64,000 nucleotides of DNA. Origin: Gammaproteobacteria bacterium. GTDB taxonomy: Bacteria; Pseudomonadota; Gammaproteobacteria; Ga0077554; Ga007554. The DNA is taken from NCBI GenBank assembly GCA_016191235.1, contig JACPOZ010000013.1, forward strand, positions 1,400 through 65,399, in the 5' to 3' direction. Positions 1-10,739 of the stretch are shown here, in pieces. The translations under genes were made by a program, and so were the position numbers. The stretch's first letter is position 1, and each line of letters opens with the position of its first letter. A model generated the notes under the pieces. The model was given only the letters and a program-made list of their open reading frames with translations. It ran no database searches and was not told the origin of the DNA.

Positions 1-962
1 TGATTAAGCCGGTCATACCACAAGGTGCGATTCGCAAGCCCTGTCAGAACATCGGTGGTTGCCAGATATTGCAGGCGCTCGATAGTTTGTTTTGATTCGG
101 TGATATCTTCCATCAGGCCGTCGATACGCACCACATTACCGTTAGTATCGAAAAAGGGATTGAATACCCTGCGGAACCAGCGCAACTCCCCCGTCGCCGT
201 GCGCATCCTGCTTTCCACTTCGATGCGCTCGCCTTTCAATGCCTGTTGCCAAGCAAGCTGAACGTTTTCCTTGTCCTCCACAATGGTGTTGTCAAGACAT
301 GGAATAGGACTCTCCATGTTGATATCGCAAATCTGCTGCGTGTTGGGGCTGATATACAAAAGCCGGTTTTGATTGCGCTGCTCTTCCTGCAATGCCTGGA
401 ATGCACTATCCCAGTAGCCTTTTAGCATCAGCCCCATGTCACGGAACAATAGTTTGATGAGTGTCGCTGTGAGTAGGGCACGATGTTCGTCACGAATTTC
501 GCCATCAGAGTTGACGATGGACTGCAGGTGGTCAAGATAGAGCCGGTAGGCTCCCATCACCTATTCGGGAGCAATTTTGGCCTGGTAATGAATCTTGCCG
601 ATGTGCATCAAGTGCGAGGCGGACTCATCATTTATATTCGCATCAAGAAAGGTAGAAAGGTGTTGTAATTGACTTTCTACCAGCATCGAAATCGAGTTGC
701 CGCGGCTCTGGTAGTCTTGCAATATGGCGGCGGTTGCCGGAGAAGACAGAAGATAATCGTAAAAGATCTTCGAGAAACAGGCGGCACCTTGCAGAAAATG
801 GTGATGGTAATGCTTTGTTAGCTGTATATCGTCATCGGTGAGTTGCAGAAAGGCGTTAAATTTCTTGTTAATAATTTGGCCGGTAATATTTGTTGAGGAA
901 ATGCTATTGGCAATGTCGTCTTCAAACCTGATTTTATCCATGGCCTGTTTTCTCGATACCAA
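1..962 (-). pseudogene. globin-coupled sensor diguanylate cyclase (sensor globin - PAS - start of GGDEF) interrupted by an in-frame TAG; 3' end runs off the window
   Basis: ORF 561..962 encodes a sensor-globin-like domain ending ...LMHIGKIHYQAKIAPE*. Reading through the TAG (complement of 561..563) in the same frame stays open to position 1. It gives VMGAYRLYLDH..., a PAS-like segment (...LRWFRRVFNPFFDTNGNVVRIDGLMEDITE...) and the linker typical of GGDEF domains (LATTDVLTGLANRTLWYDRLN). Confidence 0.7.
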
Positions 963-1318
963 GTGTGTTGGAAAAGCCGGTATTTTTTAAATCATCCAAA
1001 TAAAGAGTCTTCAGAAGGTCTCATATTCAGATGTCAAAAAAGGTCTTTGATAATAACTCACTGTACGTGCTATGGTGGCTTTTTTAAGCGTTGCGCTTCA
1101 TAAAGCGCGTCTCCAATGGGAGGCGAAAAAGAATGGGGTGATGATTGAGGTTTTAATGTTGCCGTATGTTTTTGTTTTAATAATTATGCAATTAATAATT
1201 CCTTCAATAATATCCACAATAATAGAGTGGATTATTTGGGGTGGGGCGATTACAGGAAAATAGGCATTTGCTTACAAGGGTACGGCGCGGATTGTTGCAG
1301 AAATATCATGTAGCAGAT

Positions 1319-2785
1319 TTACATTAAATCCGCATTCAATAAAAAATGCACCCAAATGCTGGCAGCATAGCCCAGCGCAATCGCCCAGGACCATTTCAGG
1401 TGGGCAAAGAAGGTGTAAGTGCCGCGGGCCTGGCCCATCACCGCCACACCTGCAGCAGAGCCAATCGAAAGCAGGGAACCGCCTACCCCGGCAGTCAGGG
1501 TCACCAGCAACCACTGGCCATGAGACATGTCCGGGTTCATGCTGAGTACGGCAAACATGACGGGGATGTTATCCACCACGGAAGACAGCAGGCCCACCAG
1601 AATATTGGCGGTGGTAGGGCCAAGATCGGCGTACATCGTTTGTGACAGCAGCGTGAGATAACCCAGCGCGCCCAACCCGCCCACACACAGAACCACCCCA
1701 TAGAAAAACAATAAGGTGTCCCACTCGACACGCCGTAGGCTGTTGAAAATGTCGAAGGGGCGGTCATGCGGGTTGGTGTAGATATCCAGGCCGAAGGGTT
1801 CCAGTTCGGGCTGGTTTGGCAGGGCACGTTGTCTGGCGTGATCGTTCCGTTTCAGAAAATAACCGTGGATTTGCAGCAAGCCCAGGCCAGTCATCATGCC
1901 CAGTGCAGGTGGCAGATGCAGGAATTGATGACAGGACACGGTCATGGCCAGGGTAAACACAAAGAGGCCAATGATGACGAAACCTCCCTGTTTTACATGA
2001 ATAGTCTCGCTCATGGCTTTAGGCTGTGCTTTCGGGATGGCAAACGACATGAGTATGGCCGGCACCAGCCAGTTCACCAGCGCCGGAAGAAACAAGTCGA
2101 AGAATTCATGAAATTTGACGATGCCTTTTTGCCACACCATCAACGTAGTAATGTCGCCGAATGGGCTGAATGCGCCCCCGGCATTGGCGGCCACCACGAT
2201 ATTGATGCACGACACTACGACGAAACCGGGATAACCGGTGCCCACTGCGAGCGTGATCGCCGCCATCAGCAAGGCAGTGGTCAAGTTGTCAGCGACGGAT
2301 GAGATAAAGAAGGCAAGTACGCCGGATATCCAGTAGATTTTACGCAGGGAATAACCGGCGGACACCATCCTGGCGCGCAAGGCATTGAAGACGTCACGTT
2401 CCTCCATGGTGTTGATGTAGGTCATGGCGGAAAGCAGAAACAGCATGATTTCCGCGTATTCAAGAATGTTATGGCGCAGGGCCGTGCCGGCGGTGACGCT
2501 ATCCCCGTGCATGAGATAGGCCATGCCCACCAGCATCCAGATTGCCCCGGCGGCGACGATGACCGGCTTGGACTTGCGCAAGTGAAGGAATTCTTCATTA
2601 ATGACCAGCGCGTAGGCGATCACGAAGAACAGCAACGCCAGGAGGCCAAAACCCGTGCCGGTGAGATCGAGTGGGGAAGCGCCTTCTCCGCCACTATTTG
2701 CGGCGAATGCGGCGCCAGCGCAGACAAGCCCCATATATAAAAACAAAAATAATTTAAAAATAATGGGATAAATTTTATTTTTCAT
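1319..2785 (-). CDS. nhaD: NhaD/ArsB-superfamily Na+/H+ antiporter-like permease
   Basis: 488-aa polytopic membrane protein with an N-terminal signal-like segment. Length and sequence pattern resemble NhaD-type antiporters. This is family-level recognition only. Confidence 0.65.
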   Translation of the reverse strand: MKNKIYPIIFKLFLFLYMGLVCAGAAFAANSGGEGASPLDLTGTGFGLLALLFFVIAYALVINEEFLHLRKSKPVIVAAGAIWMLVGMAYLMHGDSVTAGTALRHNILEYAEIMLFLLSAMTYINTMEERDVFNALRARMVSAGYSLRKIYWISGVLAFFISSVADNLTTALLMAAITLAVGTGYPGFVVVSCINIVVAANAGGAFSPFGDITTLMVWQKGIVKFHEFFDLFLPALVNWLVPAILMSFAIPKAQPKAMSETIHVKQGGFVIIGLFVFTLAMTVSCHQFLHLPPALGMMTGLGLLQIHGYFLKRNDHARQRALPNQPELEPFGLDIYTNPHDRPFDIFNSLRRVEWDTLLFFYGVVLCVGGLGALGYLTLLSQTMYADLGPTTANILVGLLSSVVDNIPVMFAVLSMNPDMSHGQWLLVTLTAGVGGSLLSIGSAAGVAVMGQARGTYTFFAHLKWSWAIALGYAASIWVHFLLNADLM

Positions 2786-2942
2786 TAAATACAGTAACTT
2801 TAGGGTTGGGCGCGGGGTTGATTTTTTCGTGTCTGATGGCGCTTGCGCGTATCTATGTGAAAGATGTTGAGATGGTTGTATATGTTACCCTGTCTACCGT
2901 GGCTGTGTCGCCCAATCCAGGAGCCTGGTTTACTCATTCGTT

Positions 2943-5639
2943 ATGATGCACGACATTTTTTTCGCGCTTGAACAGGGCGCAACATTATTGACCGCTAACA
3001 GGCGTCTGGCGCGTCATTTGTGCTGTATGTTTGATGCCCGTCAGGAGGCGAAAGGACGCGCGGCATGGCGAAGTGCCGACGTTCTGCCATTGCCCGCCTG
3101 GCTGGGGCGGTGTTGGGATGACATGGCGGAGAGCGCCACGCTGGGAGAGCATCCCGCGCTGCTAAATACCCAGCAGGAACTGACGCTGTGGGAACGGATC
3201 ATCACCGAGTCGCCGCAAGGGCAGGGGCTGTTGCGCGTTTCCGCTACGGCGCAGGACGCGCTGGAGGCATGGGCATTGCTCATGCAATGGAAGGTCATGC
3301 TTGATGGCAGGAATAATATCTTCAATGAGGATGTCCTGGCAGTCCAGCGATGGGCGCAGTCTTTTGAAGAACTCTGCCGTGTGTCTGGATGGATGGAGAA
3401 TGCCCGGTTGCCGGATTTTATCGCGCGGCAGATTCACGCCGGCGCATTGAAAGCGCCACGCCATCTCCTGTTGGCGGGATTTGATGAGTTGACTCCGCAG
3501 CAGCAGGCCCTGTTCGAGGCGTTGCGGGCGGCAGGCAGTGAAGTGAGCGAAGTTCAACTGCCGTCCTTCCCGCAGAGCCGGGCACGGCGCGTTGGATTTG
3601 CCGATTCCGATGCCGAGATCGCCTTCGCGGCACGTTGGTCTCGCCATCTGCTGGAACAGGGGCATGGCGGGGCGATAGGCGTGGTCATCCACGACCTGGG
3701 TACACTACGGGAAAAGGTGGCGCGAATTTTTAATGACGTGCTGTTGCCTGCCTCCATCATGCCCGGCGAGCCAGCGGATGTATCGCTCTACAATATCTCC
3801 TTGGGTACACCCCTGTCCGATCAGCCCCTTATCAATGCCGCCCTGCTGATTATCGAAATGGCGCAGGGAAAGTTGCCGCTGGAAAAGCTGGGGGCCTTGT
3901 TGTGCTCGCCGTTTTTGGCGGGAGGCGAGCAGGAAATGACACGCAGGGGGCTGCTGGATGCGCGGTTGCGCCGCTTTGGTGAGTTGACAGTCAGCGTGGA
4001 TGAGATAAAGCGCCACGCCCTCACTGCGGATGCCTGTCCGCTGCTCGGCGCGCGCCTGCGGCAGTGTATCGAGGTGATGCATACCTTGCCGCGCCATCAG
4101 CTTCCCAGTGCATGGGCGGCAACATTCCCTCGCTTGCTGGTGGCCATGGGCTGGCCGGGTGAACGCCCGCTGGATAGCCACGAATATCAAACGGTGATGG
4201 CCTGGCGTGAGCTACTGGCGGATTATGCGAGGCTGGATGAGGTGGTGGCAAGGCAAAGCCTCAACGAGGCACTGGCGCGTCTGCGGAAGATGGCCGCCGA
4301 CACGCTGTTTCAGCCGCAGGGGATGGATGCCCCAATACAGATCCTGGGCGTGATGGAGGCGGCGGGGATGCACTTTGATCACCTCTGGGTGATGGGCTTG
4401 CACGATGAGGTATGGCCGACGCCGCCGCGTCCCAATCCGTTTCTGCCGCTCTCGCTGCAACGCACGCAAGGCCTGCCGCATGCCTCTGCGCCGCGCGAAC
4501 TGGCATTCGCCCGGCGCATGACGGAAAGGTTGCTCGCCAGCGCTCCGGAAGTGGTGATGAGCTACCCGCAACGCGACGGCGATCGTCACCTGCGCCCCTC
4601 GCCGCTCATCGTCAGCCTGGAAGAAGCCGTGCCAGAGGGGCTGCCAGGCTATATGAGCGCGGCGCAAATACCTTCCTATGCGGCTGTCACGTACCAGGCA
4701 GCGGCTATCGAGAGTATGGGAGATTATCAGGCCCCTTCGTTGCCGGAAGGCTCGCTGGCCTCCGGCGGTACCGGAATTTTCAAGCAACAAGCCGCATGTC
4801 CATTTCGCGCCTTTGCCGAACATCGCCTGGGTGCGCGGCCATTGGCAACCACCCAGATCGGCTTGAATCCCATGGAGCGAGGGCAGCTTTTGCACGCGTC
4901 ATTGGAGCAGGCGTGGCAAAAACTTCACTCTTACGAAAGGCTGTGCAGCGCTTCCGACGAAGCGATAAACGATATCGTCACGCAGGCTGTTACGGCAGCC
5001 ATAGGCGCTATGGCAGAAAAACGGCGGCTTATCTTCACTGAAAAATTCACGGAACTGGAAAAAAACAGACTGGAGAAACTCGTCACCGCCTGGCTGGCGC
5101 TGGAAAAACAGCGTGCGCCTTTTACGGTGTTTGAGCCGGAACAGGAACGTGTGGTGCAGGTCGGCGGGATTAACGTGACCACCCGCATCGACCGCATTGA
5201 CCAACTGCCGGACGGTAGACAGGTCATCGTCGACTATAAGACGGGTGTTTCAGATACAGGCGGCTGGTTCGGTGATCGCCCGGACGAACCCCAGTTGCCT
5301 CTGTATTGCGCCTTTAATGAACAAGAGGTGGCGGCGCTGACGTTTGCGCAAGTCAGAAGCGGTGACATGAAATTCAAAGGCCTGGCGCAATATGACGGAA
5401 TAGCCCCCGGCATAAAGGCTATCGGCAAAATCGAAAGCATATCTTCGTGGCATGGCCTCGTCGAGGAATGGAGGGCGACGCTGCACAACCTGGGCGCAGC
5501 GTTCCGCACCGGCCATGCGCCGGTTGACCCGAAGAATCCGCCTCAGACATGCAAATTTTGCGCGCTTACACCGCTGTGCCGCATTCATGAGCATGATGGG
5601 GTGGGGCTTGAGGGCGACGCGCAAGAAGCTGGAGAATGA
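2943..5639 (+). CDS. PD-(D/E)XK nuclease family DNA repair protein (AddB-like, with Fe-S Cys cluster)
   Basis: 898 aa. The C-terminus has a RecB-type nuclease motif (IDRIDQLPDGRQVIVDYKTG ... QLPLY). It is bracketed by one upstream Cys (QQAACPFRAF) and CKFCALTPLC (C-X2-C-X5-C), as in AddB-type iron-staple nucleases. Confidence 0.7.
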   Translation: MMHDIFFALEQGATLLTANRRLARHLCCMFDARQEAKGRAAWRSADVLPLPAWLGRCWDDMAESATLGEHPALLNTQQELTLWERIITESPQGQGLLRVSATAQDALEAWALLMQWKVMLDGRNNIFNEDVLAVQRWAQSFEELCRVSGWMENARLPDFIARQIHAGALKAPRHLLLAGFDELTPQQQALFEALRAAGSEVSEVQLPSFPQSRARRVGFADSDAEIAFAARWSRHLLEQGHGGAIGVVIHDLGTLREKVARIFNDVLLPASIMPGEPADVSLYNISLGTPLSDQPLINAALLIIEMAQGKLPLEKLGALLCSPFLAGGEQEMTRRGLLDARLRRFGELTVSVDEIKRHALTADACPLLGARLRQCIEVMHTLPRHQLPSAWAATFPRLLVAMGWPGERPLDSHEYQTVMAWRELLADYARLDEVVARQSLNEALARLRKMAADTLFQPQGMDAPIQILGVMEAAGMHFDHLWVMGLHDEVWPTPPRPNPFLPLSLQRTQGLPHASAPRELAFARRMTERLLASAPEVVMSYPQRDGDRHLRPSPLIVSLEEAVPEGLPGYMSAAQIPSYAAVTYQAAAIESMGDYQAPSLPEGSLASGGTGIFKQQAACPFRAFAEHRLGARPLATTQIGLNPMERGQLLHASLEQAWQKLHSYERLCSASDEAINDIVTQAVTAAIGAMAEKRRLIFTEKFTELEKNRLEKLVTAWLALEKQRAPFTVFEPEQERVVQVGGINVTTRIDRIDQLPDGRQVIVDYKTGVSDTGGWFGDRPDEPQLPLYCAFNEQEVAALTFAQVRSGDMKFKGLAQYDGIAPGIKAIGKIESISSWHGLVEEWRATLHNLGAAFRTGHAPVDPKNPPQTCKFCALTPLCRIHEHDGVGLEGDAQEAGE

Positions 5640-5703
5640 AGTGCGGCGAGGGCGTGAAATTGTTAGAATGTTTCAAGTTATGAGTTGAACTGATGGAGTG
5701 TGT

Positions 5704-6960
5704 ATGGCCTACGATAAGATTACCGTCCCCGCTAATGGCGAGCGGATTACCGTCAATGCGGATTTTTCGCTGAATGTCCCGTCTCGCCCGATTATCCCAT
5801 TCATCGAAGGGGATGGCATCGGCGTGGATGTCACGCCAGTCATGTGTACTGTGGTCAATGCGGCGGTAGATAAAGCCTATAACGGTGCCAAATCCATCGC
5901 CTGGATGGAGGTGTATGCCGGGGACAAGGCGACGCAGGTCTATGGCAAGGATGTTTATCTGCCGGAAGAGACCATGCACGCGCTGCGTGAGTATCCCGTC
6001 TCCATCAAGGGGCCGCTGGCGACACCGGTGGGTGGCGGTATCCGCTCCCTGAATGTCGCCTTGCGGCAGGAGCTGGATCTTTATATCTGCCTGCGCCCGG
6101 TGCGTTATTTTACCGGCACCCCCAGCCCCGTGAAGGCGCCGGAGAAGGTGGACATGGTGATCTTCCGCGAAAACTCCGAGGATATCTACGCCGGTATCGA
6201 GTGGGCGGCGGGTACGCCCGAGGTGCAGAGGGTGATCGATTTTCTGCGCAATGAAATGGGCGTGAAAAAGATCCGTTTCCCCGATAGCTCCGCCATCGGC
6301 ATCAAGCCGGTGTCGCGCGAGGGCACCGAGCGTCTGGTGCGCAAGGCGTTACAGTATGCCATCGACAATGGACGTGACTCCGTGACCCTGGTGCATAAGG
6401 GCAATATCATGAAATTTACCGAAGGGGGATTCAAAAGCTGGGGTTATGAGCTGGCCAAGGCTGAATTCGGTGCCCAGGAGATCGGCAGCGGGCCGTGGTG
6501 CCGCATGAAAAACCCCAAGACTGGCGCTGAGATCCTCGTTAAGGACATTATCGCCGACGCCTTCCTCCAGGAGATCCTGTTGCGTCCCGAGGATTTCAGC
6601 GTGATCGCCACGCTCAACCTCAATGGCGATTACATCTCCGATGCGCTGGCCGCGCAGGTGGGCGGTATCGGCATCGCCCCCGGCGCCAATCTGTCCGATT
6701 CCATTGCCATGTTCGAGGCGACGCACGGCACCGCTCCCAAACATGCAGGCAAGAATGATGTCAATCCCAGTTCCGTGATCCTCTCTGCGGAGATGATGCT
6801 GCGACACATGGGCTGGTGTGAGGCGGCGGATCTGATCACCAGGGGCGTTGCAGGCGCCATTGCCAGCCATACCGTTACCCACGACCTGGCGCGATTGATG
6901 CCGGAAGCAACGCAGGTGAGCTGTTCCGGGTTTGGCGAGGCGGTTATTGCTAATATGTAA
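5704..6960 (+). CDS. icd: NADP-dependent isocitrate dehydrogenase
   Basis: [18 protein letters not shown]...[11 protein letters not shown]... is collinear with enterobacterial Icd. GGAG lies 5 nt upstream of the ATG at 5704. The track ORF starts 6 nt earlier at a GTG. Confidence 0.95.
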   Translation: MAYDKITVPANGERITVNADFSLNVPSRPIIPFIEGDGIGVDVTPVMCTVVNAAVDKAYNGAKSIAWMEVYAGDKATQVYGKDVYLPEETMHALREYPVSIKGPLATPVGGGIRSLNVALRQELDLYICLRPVRYFTGTPSPVKAPEKVDMVIFRENSEDIYAGIEWAAGTPEVQRVIDFLRNEMGVKKIRFPDSSAIGIKPVSREGTERLVRKALQYAIDNGRDSVTLVHKGNIMKFTEGGFKSWGYELAKAEFGAQEIGSGPWCRMKNPKTGAEILVKDIIADAFLQEILLRPEDFSVIATLNLNGDYISDALAAQVGGIGIAPGANLSDSIAMFEATHGTAPKHAGKNDVNPSSVILSAEMMLRHMGWCEAADLITRGVAGAIASHTVTHDLARLMPEATQVSCSGFGEAVIANM

Positions 6961-6964
6961 GCTG

Positions 6965-7131
6965 CTAGCAGCCTGTCTGACTTAGGTCGAATCTACTGCG
7001 AAAGCGGGAGAGCGGTCCATTTTTCCGCTATTTTTCGTTACACGTGCCAGCTATTCTCCTCAAAATAGCGGAAAACTGTCCTCGCTCCCCCACTTTCTCG
7101 CTACGACCCCCTAAGTCAGACAGGCTGCTAG
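6965..7131. repeat. 167-bp imperfect palindrome with perfect 22-bp terminal inverted repeats (MITE-like / bidirectional terminator)
   Basis: CTAGCAGCCTGTCTGACTTAGG at 6965..6986 is the exact reverse complement of 7110..7131. The interior also pairs imperfectly (…GCGAAAGCGGGAGAGCGG…TTTTCCGCTATTTT / AAAATAGCGGAAAA…CCTCGCTCCCCCACTTTCTCGC). Confidence 0.8.
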
Positions 7132-7163
7132 GGGCAGGCAGGGAATCTGTTTGCCCCTTGATT

Positions 7164-7379
7164 TTACCTGTTGTCTAGCGCAGCCTGTATGTTCTGCGCA
7201 TGCCTTCCCTTGGGGCCGTCGGTAACCTCGAACTCGACCTTTTGACCTTCGCGCAAGGTCTTGTAGCCGTCCATGGAGATTGCCGAGAAATGGGCAAAGA
7301 TATCTTCGCCGCCGCCCTCTGGGGCGATAAAGCCATACCCCTTGGCATTGCTGAACCATTTGACAGTGCCAGTCGCCAT
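7164..7379 (-). CDS. cspD: cold-shock domain protein, CspD-like
   Basis: [52 protein letters not shown]... contains RNP1/RNP2 motifs. It is divergent from clpS, as cspD is in E. coli. Confidence 0.9.
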   Translation of the reverse strand: MATGTVKWFSNAKGYGFIAPEGGGEDIFAHFSAISMDGYKTLREGQKVEFEVTDGPKGRHAQNIQAALDNR

Positions 7380-7616
7380 ACTATATTACCTCGTGGATCG
7401 TGACGGGGTTTGCCGCAGTTGAATTGTCGTATGATGCCCGGTGACGGGTTGACTTTCCATTTCTATTGTGGTCTTGAATACTTTTATAACGATTTTTTGC
7501 GGATAGTCAAGCCCCATTTGAGAAAATAGATGGGGCTTGCACTGCGTTTATGATGTCCCAATAATGAGACGGCGTACTGGGAAAATTTTTCGGGTTTTGA
7601 GTACAATCGGATCACT

Positions 7617-7937
7617 ATGAAAGAAGGACAACAGGATAATCATGACGATGGATTGGCGCTGGAGGAGGCGAAGCCGAAGCTCAAACGCCCGCCCATGTAC
7701 AAGGTGCTGCTGCTGAACGACGACTACACGCCTATGGAGTTTGTCGTTCATGTATTGGAGGTCTTTTTTGCCATGAGCCGCGATCAGGCTACCCAGGTCA
7801 TGCTGCATGTGCATACGCGAGGGGTGGGGGTGTGCGGTTTTTTTACGCGTGATATCGCCGAGACCAAGGTGGCCCAGGTGACGCAATTTGCACAGGAAAA
7901 CCAGCACCCGTTGAAATGCACCATGGAAGAGGCATAG
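7617..7937 (+). CDS. clpS: ATP-dependent Clp protease adaptor ClpS
   Basis: [29 protein letters not shown] signature. It lies directly upstream of clpA. Confidence 0.95.
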   Translation: MKEGQQDNHDDGLALEEAKPKLKRPPMYKVLLLNDDYTPMEFVVHVLEVFFAMSRDQATQVMLHVHTRGVGVCGFFTRDIAETKVAQVTQFAQENQHPLKCTMEEA

Positions 7938-8032
7938 ACTCAGTTCGGGTCCACGGATGGACGAGGTGAGCAACGCAGGGAGACAGTTGCTGGTACGTTT
8001 TTCATTAAGTCTTCGGACAAGAGGTTAATCCC

Positions 8033-10300
8033 ATGTTAAGCAAGGATCTCGAATTCACGCTTAATATCGCCTTCAGAGAGGCGCGTGAAAAATTGCACGA
8101 ATTCATGACAGTCGAGCACTTGCTGCTCGCCTTGCTTGATAATCCGGGAGCGGTCGCGGTGTTGCGTGCTTGCGGCGCCGATCTCGACAGGTTGAAGAAG
8201 GATCTTGCCACTTTTGTGGACGAGAGCACCCCTTTGCTGCCCTTGCAGGACAAGCGCGACACCCAGCCCACGCTGGGCTTCCAGCGGGTTCTGCAGCGCG
8301 CGGTGTTTCATGTGCAATCCTCCGGGAAAAATGAGGTGCAAGCCGCCAATGTACTGGTTGCCATTTTCGGCGAGCAAGATTCCCAGGCCGTTTACTTCCT
8401 CGGCCGGCAGAACGTCACGCGCCTGGACGTTGTGAATTATATCTCCCATGGCATCTCCAAGGTGCATGGCGAGGGCGAGGGAACGCCGCACACGCCCTCC
8501 AGCGAGGACGAGCCGGGGGCGGAGGCGCCCGCCAAAAGCCCGCTTGAACTCTATGCCGCCAATCTGAATCAATTGGCCAGGCAAGGCAAGATTGACCCTC
8601 TGATTGGCCGCAGGCACGAAATCCAGCGCACCGTCCAGATCCTGTGCCGCCGCCGCAAGAATAACCCGCTGTTCGTCGGCGAGGCGGGCGTGGGCAAGAC
8701 CGCGCTGGCCGAAGGCCTGGCGAAGATGATCGTCGATGGCGAGGTACCGGAGGTGCTGGCCCATAGCACAGTGTATTCGCTGGACCTGGGCGCGCTGCTG
8801 GCGGGCACCAAATATCGCGGTGATTTTGAAAAGCGCCTCAAAGGCGTGGTTAATCAGTTGCAGAAAGAGCCGGGCGCGATCCTGTTCATCGACGAGATTC
8901 ATACCATCATCGGCGCGGGCGCGGCCTCCGGGGGGGTGATGGACGCCTCCAACCTGATCAAGCCGGTGCTCGCCTCGGGTGCGCTGAAGTGTATCGGTTC
9001 CACTACCTATCAGGAATACCGTGGTGTTTTTGAGAAGGACCGTGCCCTGGCGCGACGCTTTCAGAAGATCGACGTGGCGGAACCCACGGTTGATGAGACG
9101 GTGCAGATCCTGGAGGGCCTGAAGTCACGTTTTGAAGAACACCACCATGTCAAATACTCCAAGCAGGCGCTGCGTGTGGCGGCGGAACTGGCGGCACGCT
9201 ATATCAATGATCGTTATTTGCCCGACAAGGCCATTGACGTGATCGACGAGGTGGGGGCGAATCAGCACTTGCTGCCTGCCTCCAAGCGCAAAAAGGTGAT
9301 CGGCGTCAAGGAGATCGAGGATATCGTCGCCAAGATTGCGCGCATCCCGCCCAAGAGCGTTTCCAGTTCCGACAAAGACGTGCTGCGCAATCTGGAACGT
9401 GACCTGAAGATGCTGGTGTTTGGCCAGAACGATGCCATCGAAGCATTGGCATCAGCAATCAAGATGTCGCGGGCTGGCCTGGGCAATGTGCAAAAACCCA
9501 TAGGTTCTTTCCTGCTCGCCGGCCCCACCGGCGTGGGCAAGACCGAGGTGACGCGCCAGCTTGCCAAGGTCATGGGGATCGAACTGATCCGCTTCGATAT
9601 GTCCGAATACATGGAGCGCCATACCGTATCACGCCTGATCGGTGCGCCACCGGGCTACGTGGGTTTTGATCAGGGCGGCCTGCTGACTGAGGCGGTCACC
9701 AAACACCCTCATGCAGTGCTGTTGCTGGATGAGATCGAGAAGGCGCACCCGGATGTTTTCAACATTCTATTGCAGGTAATGGATCACGGTACGCTCACGG
9801 ACAACAACGGGCGCAAGGCCGATTTCCGTAATGTGATCCTGATCATGACCACCAATGCCGGGGCGGATCAGATGAGCCGCAGTTCCATCGGTTTCGTGCA
9901 TCAGGACCATGCCAGCGACGGCACGGAGGCGATCAAGCGCCTGTTCAGCCCTGAATTCCGCAACCGCCTGGACGCCACTATCCAGTTCAAGCCGCTGGAC
10001 AGCGCCACTATCGCCTTCGTGGTGGACAAGTTCATCATTGAGCTGGAAGCCCAGTTGGAAGATAAAAACGTTACGCTCGAAGTCGATAGTACCGCCCGGC
10101 ACTGGCTGGCCGAGCATGGTTATGACGAGAAGATGGGTGCGCGCCCGATGGCGCGGATCATTCAGGAACACATCAAGCGCCCCCTTGCCGAAGAGCTGCT
10201 GTTCGGCAAACTCGCACGCGGCGGGCATATTCGCATCAGCGTGCGCGAAGGCAAGCTCGCCTTCGCACTGGAAGGCGCGGAGCAATTGCAGGAAAGTTAG
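8033..10300 (+). CDS. clpA: ATP-dependent Clp protease ATP-binding subunit ClpA
   Basis: 755 aa with two AAA+ modules (GEAGVGKTA and GPTGVGKTE Walker A) and a Clp N-domain. Confidence 0.95.
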   Translation: MLSKDLEFTLNIAFREAREKLHEFMTVEHLLLALLDNPGAVAVLRACGADLDRLKKDLATFVDESTPLLPLQDKRDTQPTLGFQRVLQRAVFHVQSSGKNEVQAANVLVAIFGEQDSQAVYFLGRQNVTRLDVVNYISHGISKVHGEGEGTPHTPSSEDEPGAEAPAKSPLELYAANLNQLARQGKIDPLIGRRHEIQRTVQILCRRRKNNPLFVGEAGVGKTALAEGLAKMIVDGEVPEVLAHSTVYSLDLGALLAGTKYRGDFEKRLKGVVNQLQKEPGAILFIDEIHTIIGAGAASGGVMDASNLIKPVLASGALKCIGSTTYQEYRGVFEKDRALARRFQKIDVAEPTVDETVQILEGLKSRFEEHHHVKYSKQALRVAAELAARYINDRYLPDKAIDVIDEVGANQHLLPASKRKKVIGVKEIEDIVAKIARIPPKSVSSSDKDVLRNLERDLKMLVFGQNDAIEALASAIKMSRAGLGNVQKPIGSFLLAGPTGVGKTEVTRQLAKVMGIELIRFDMSEYMERHTVSRLIGAPPGYVGFDQGGLLTEAVTKHPHAVLLLDEIEKAHPDVFNILLQVMDHGTLTDNNGRKADFRNVILIMTTNAGADQMSRSSIGFVHQDHASDGTEAIKRLFSPEFRNRLDATIQFKPLDSATIAFVVDKFIIELEAQLEDKNVTLEVDSTARHWLAEHGYDEKMGARPMARIIQEHIKRPLAEELLFGKLARGGHIRISVREGKLAFALEGAEQLQES

Positions 10301-10304
10301 TGTT

Positions 10305-10325
10305 GTAGGGTGGGTCACCCACCCT
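10305..10325. terminator. GTAG-prefixed hairpin between convergent clpA and infA
   Basis: GTAGGGTGGGTCACCCACCCT: AGGGTGGG pairs with CCCACCCT. It sits 5 nt after the clpA stop and 27 nt from the infA stop. There is no clear T-run. Confidence 0.45.
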
Positions 10326-10351
10326 GCTCAACCAGGCAGGTATATCCGGAC

Positions 10352-10570
10352 TCAGCGGGCGCGAAAAGTGATGCGTGCCTTGCTCAGGTCATAAGGGGTC
10401 ATTTCCACCGTAACCTTATCGCCGGTCAGAATGCGGATATAGTTCTTGCGCATTTTTCCCGAGATATGAGCTGTTACGACGTGCCCGTTATCAAGCTGTA
10501 CCCGGAACATGGTATTGGGCAGGGTTTCCAATATTGTCCCTTCCATTTCAATATGATCTTCTTTTGCCAT
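10352..10570 (-). CDS. infA: translation initiation factor IF-1
   Basis: [72 protein letters not shown], 72 aa. The track ORF carries a 10-codon upstream extension that I do not believe. Confidence 0.95.
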   Translation of the reverse strand: MAKEDHIEMEGTILETLPNTMFRVQLDNGHVVTAHISGKMRKNYIRILTGDKVTVEMTPYDLSKARITFRAR

Positions 10571-10739
10571 GCAAATAGAGTGCTCTTGATGAATAATCAT
10601 GAATGCCGTACCAGGTTTGCCCCGGCTTAATGAACCATTTTGCCTGAATCCGGTATGATTGGCAAAGTTTGTGTTATAAATTTGAGTTGCAATGTTATGA
10701 GCAGTAGCTGGCTAACGAAGCAAAACGGAGGGCTATGGC

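Noticed and set aside
1072-1263. 63-aa hydrophobic, Ile-rich small ORF in the AT-rich spacer between the globin sensor gene and nhaD
   Set aside because: The hydrophobicity is what AT-rich non-coding sequence yields on translation. There is no convincing ribosome-binding site and no motif. It is more likely promoter or spacer DNA, though a small membrane peptide cannot be excluded.
10301-10351. tRNA gene between clpA and infA (serW occupies this position in E. coli)
   Set aside because: The spacer is only 51 bp and consists of a single hairpin. No cloverleaf is possible. No other intergenic region in the window looked tRNA-like.
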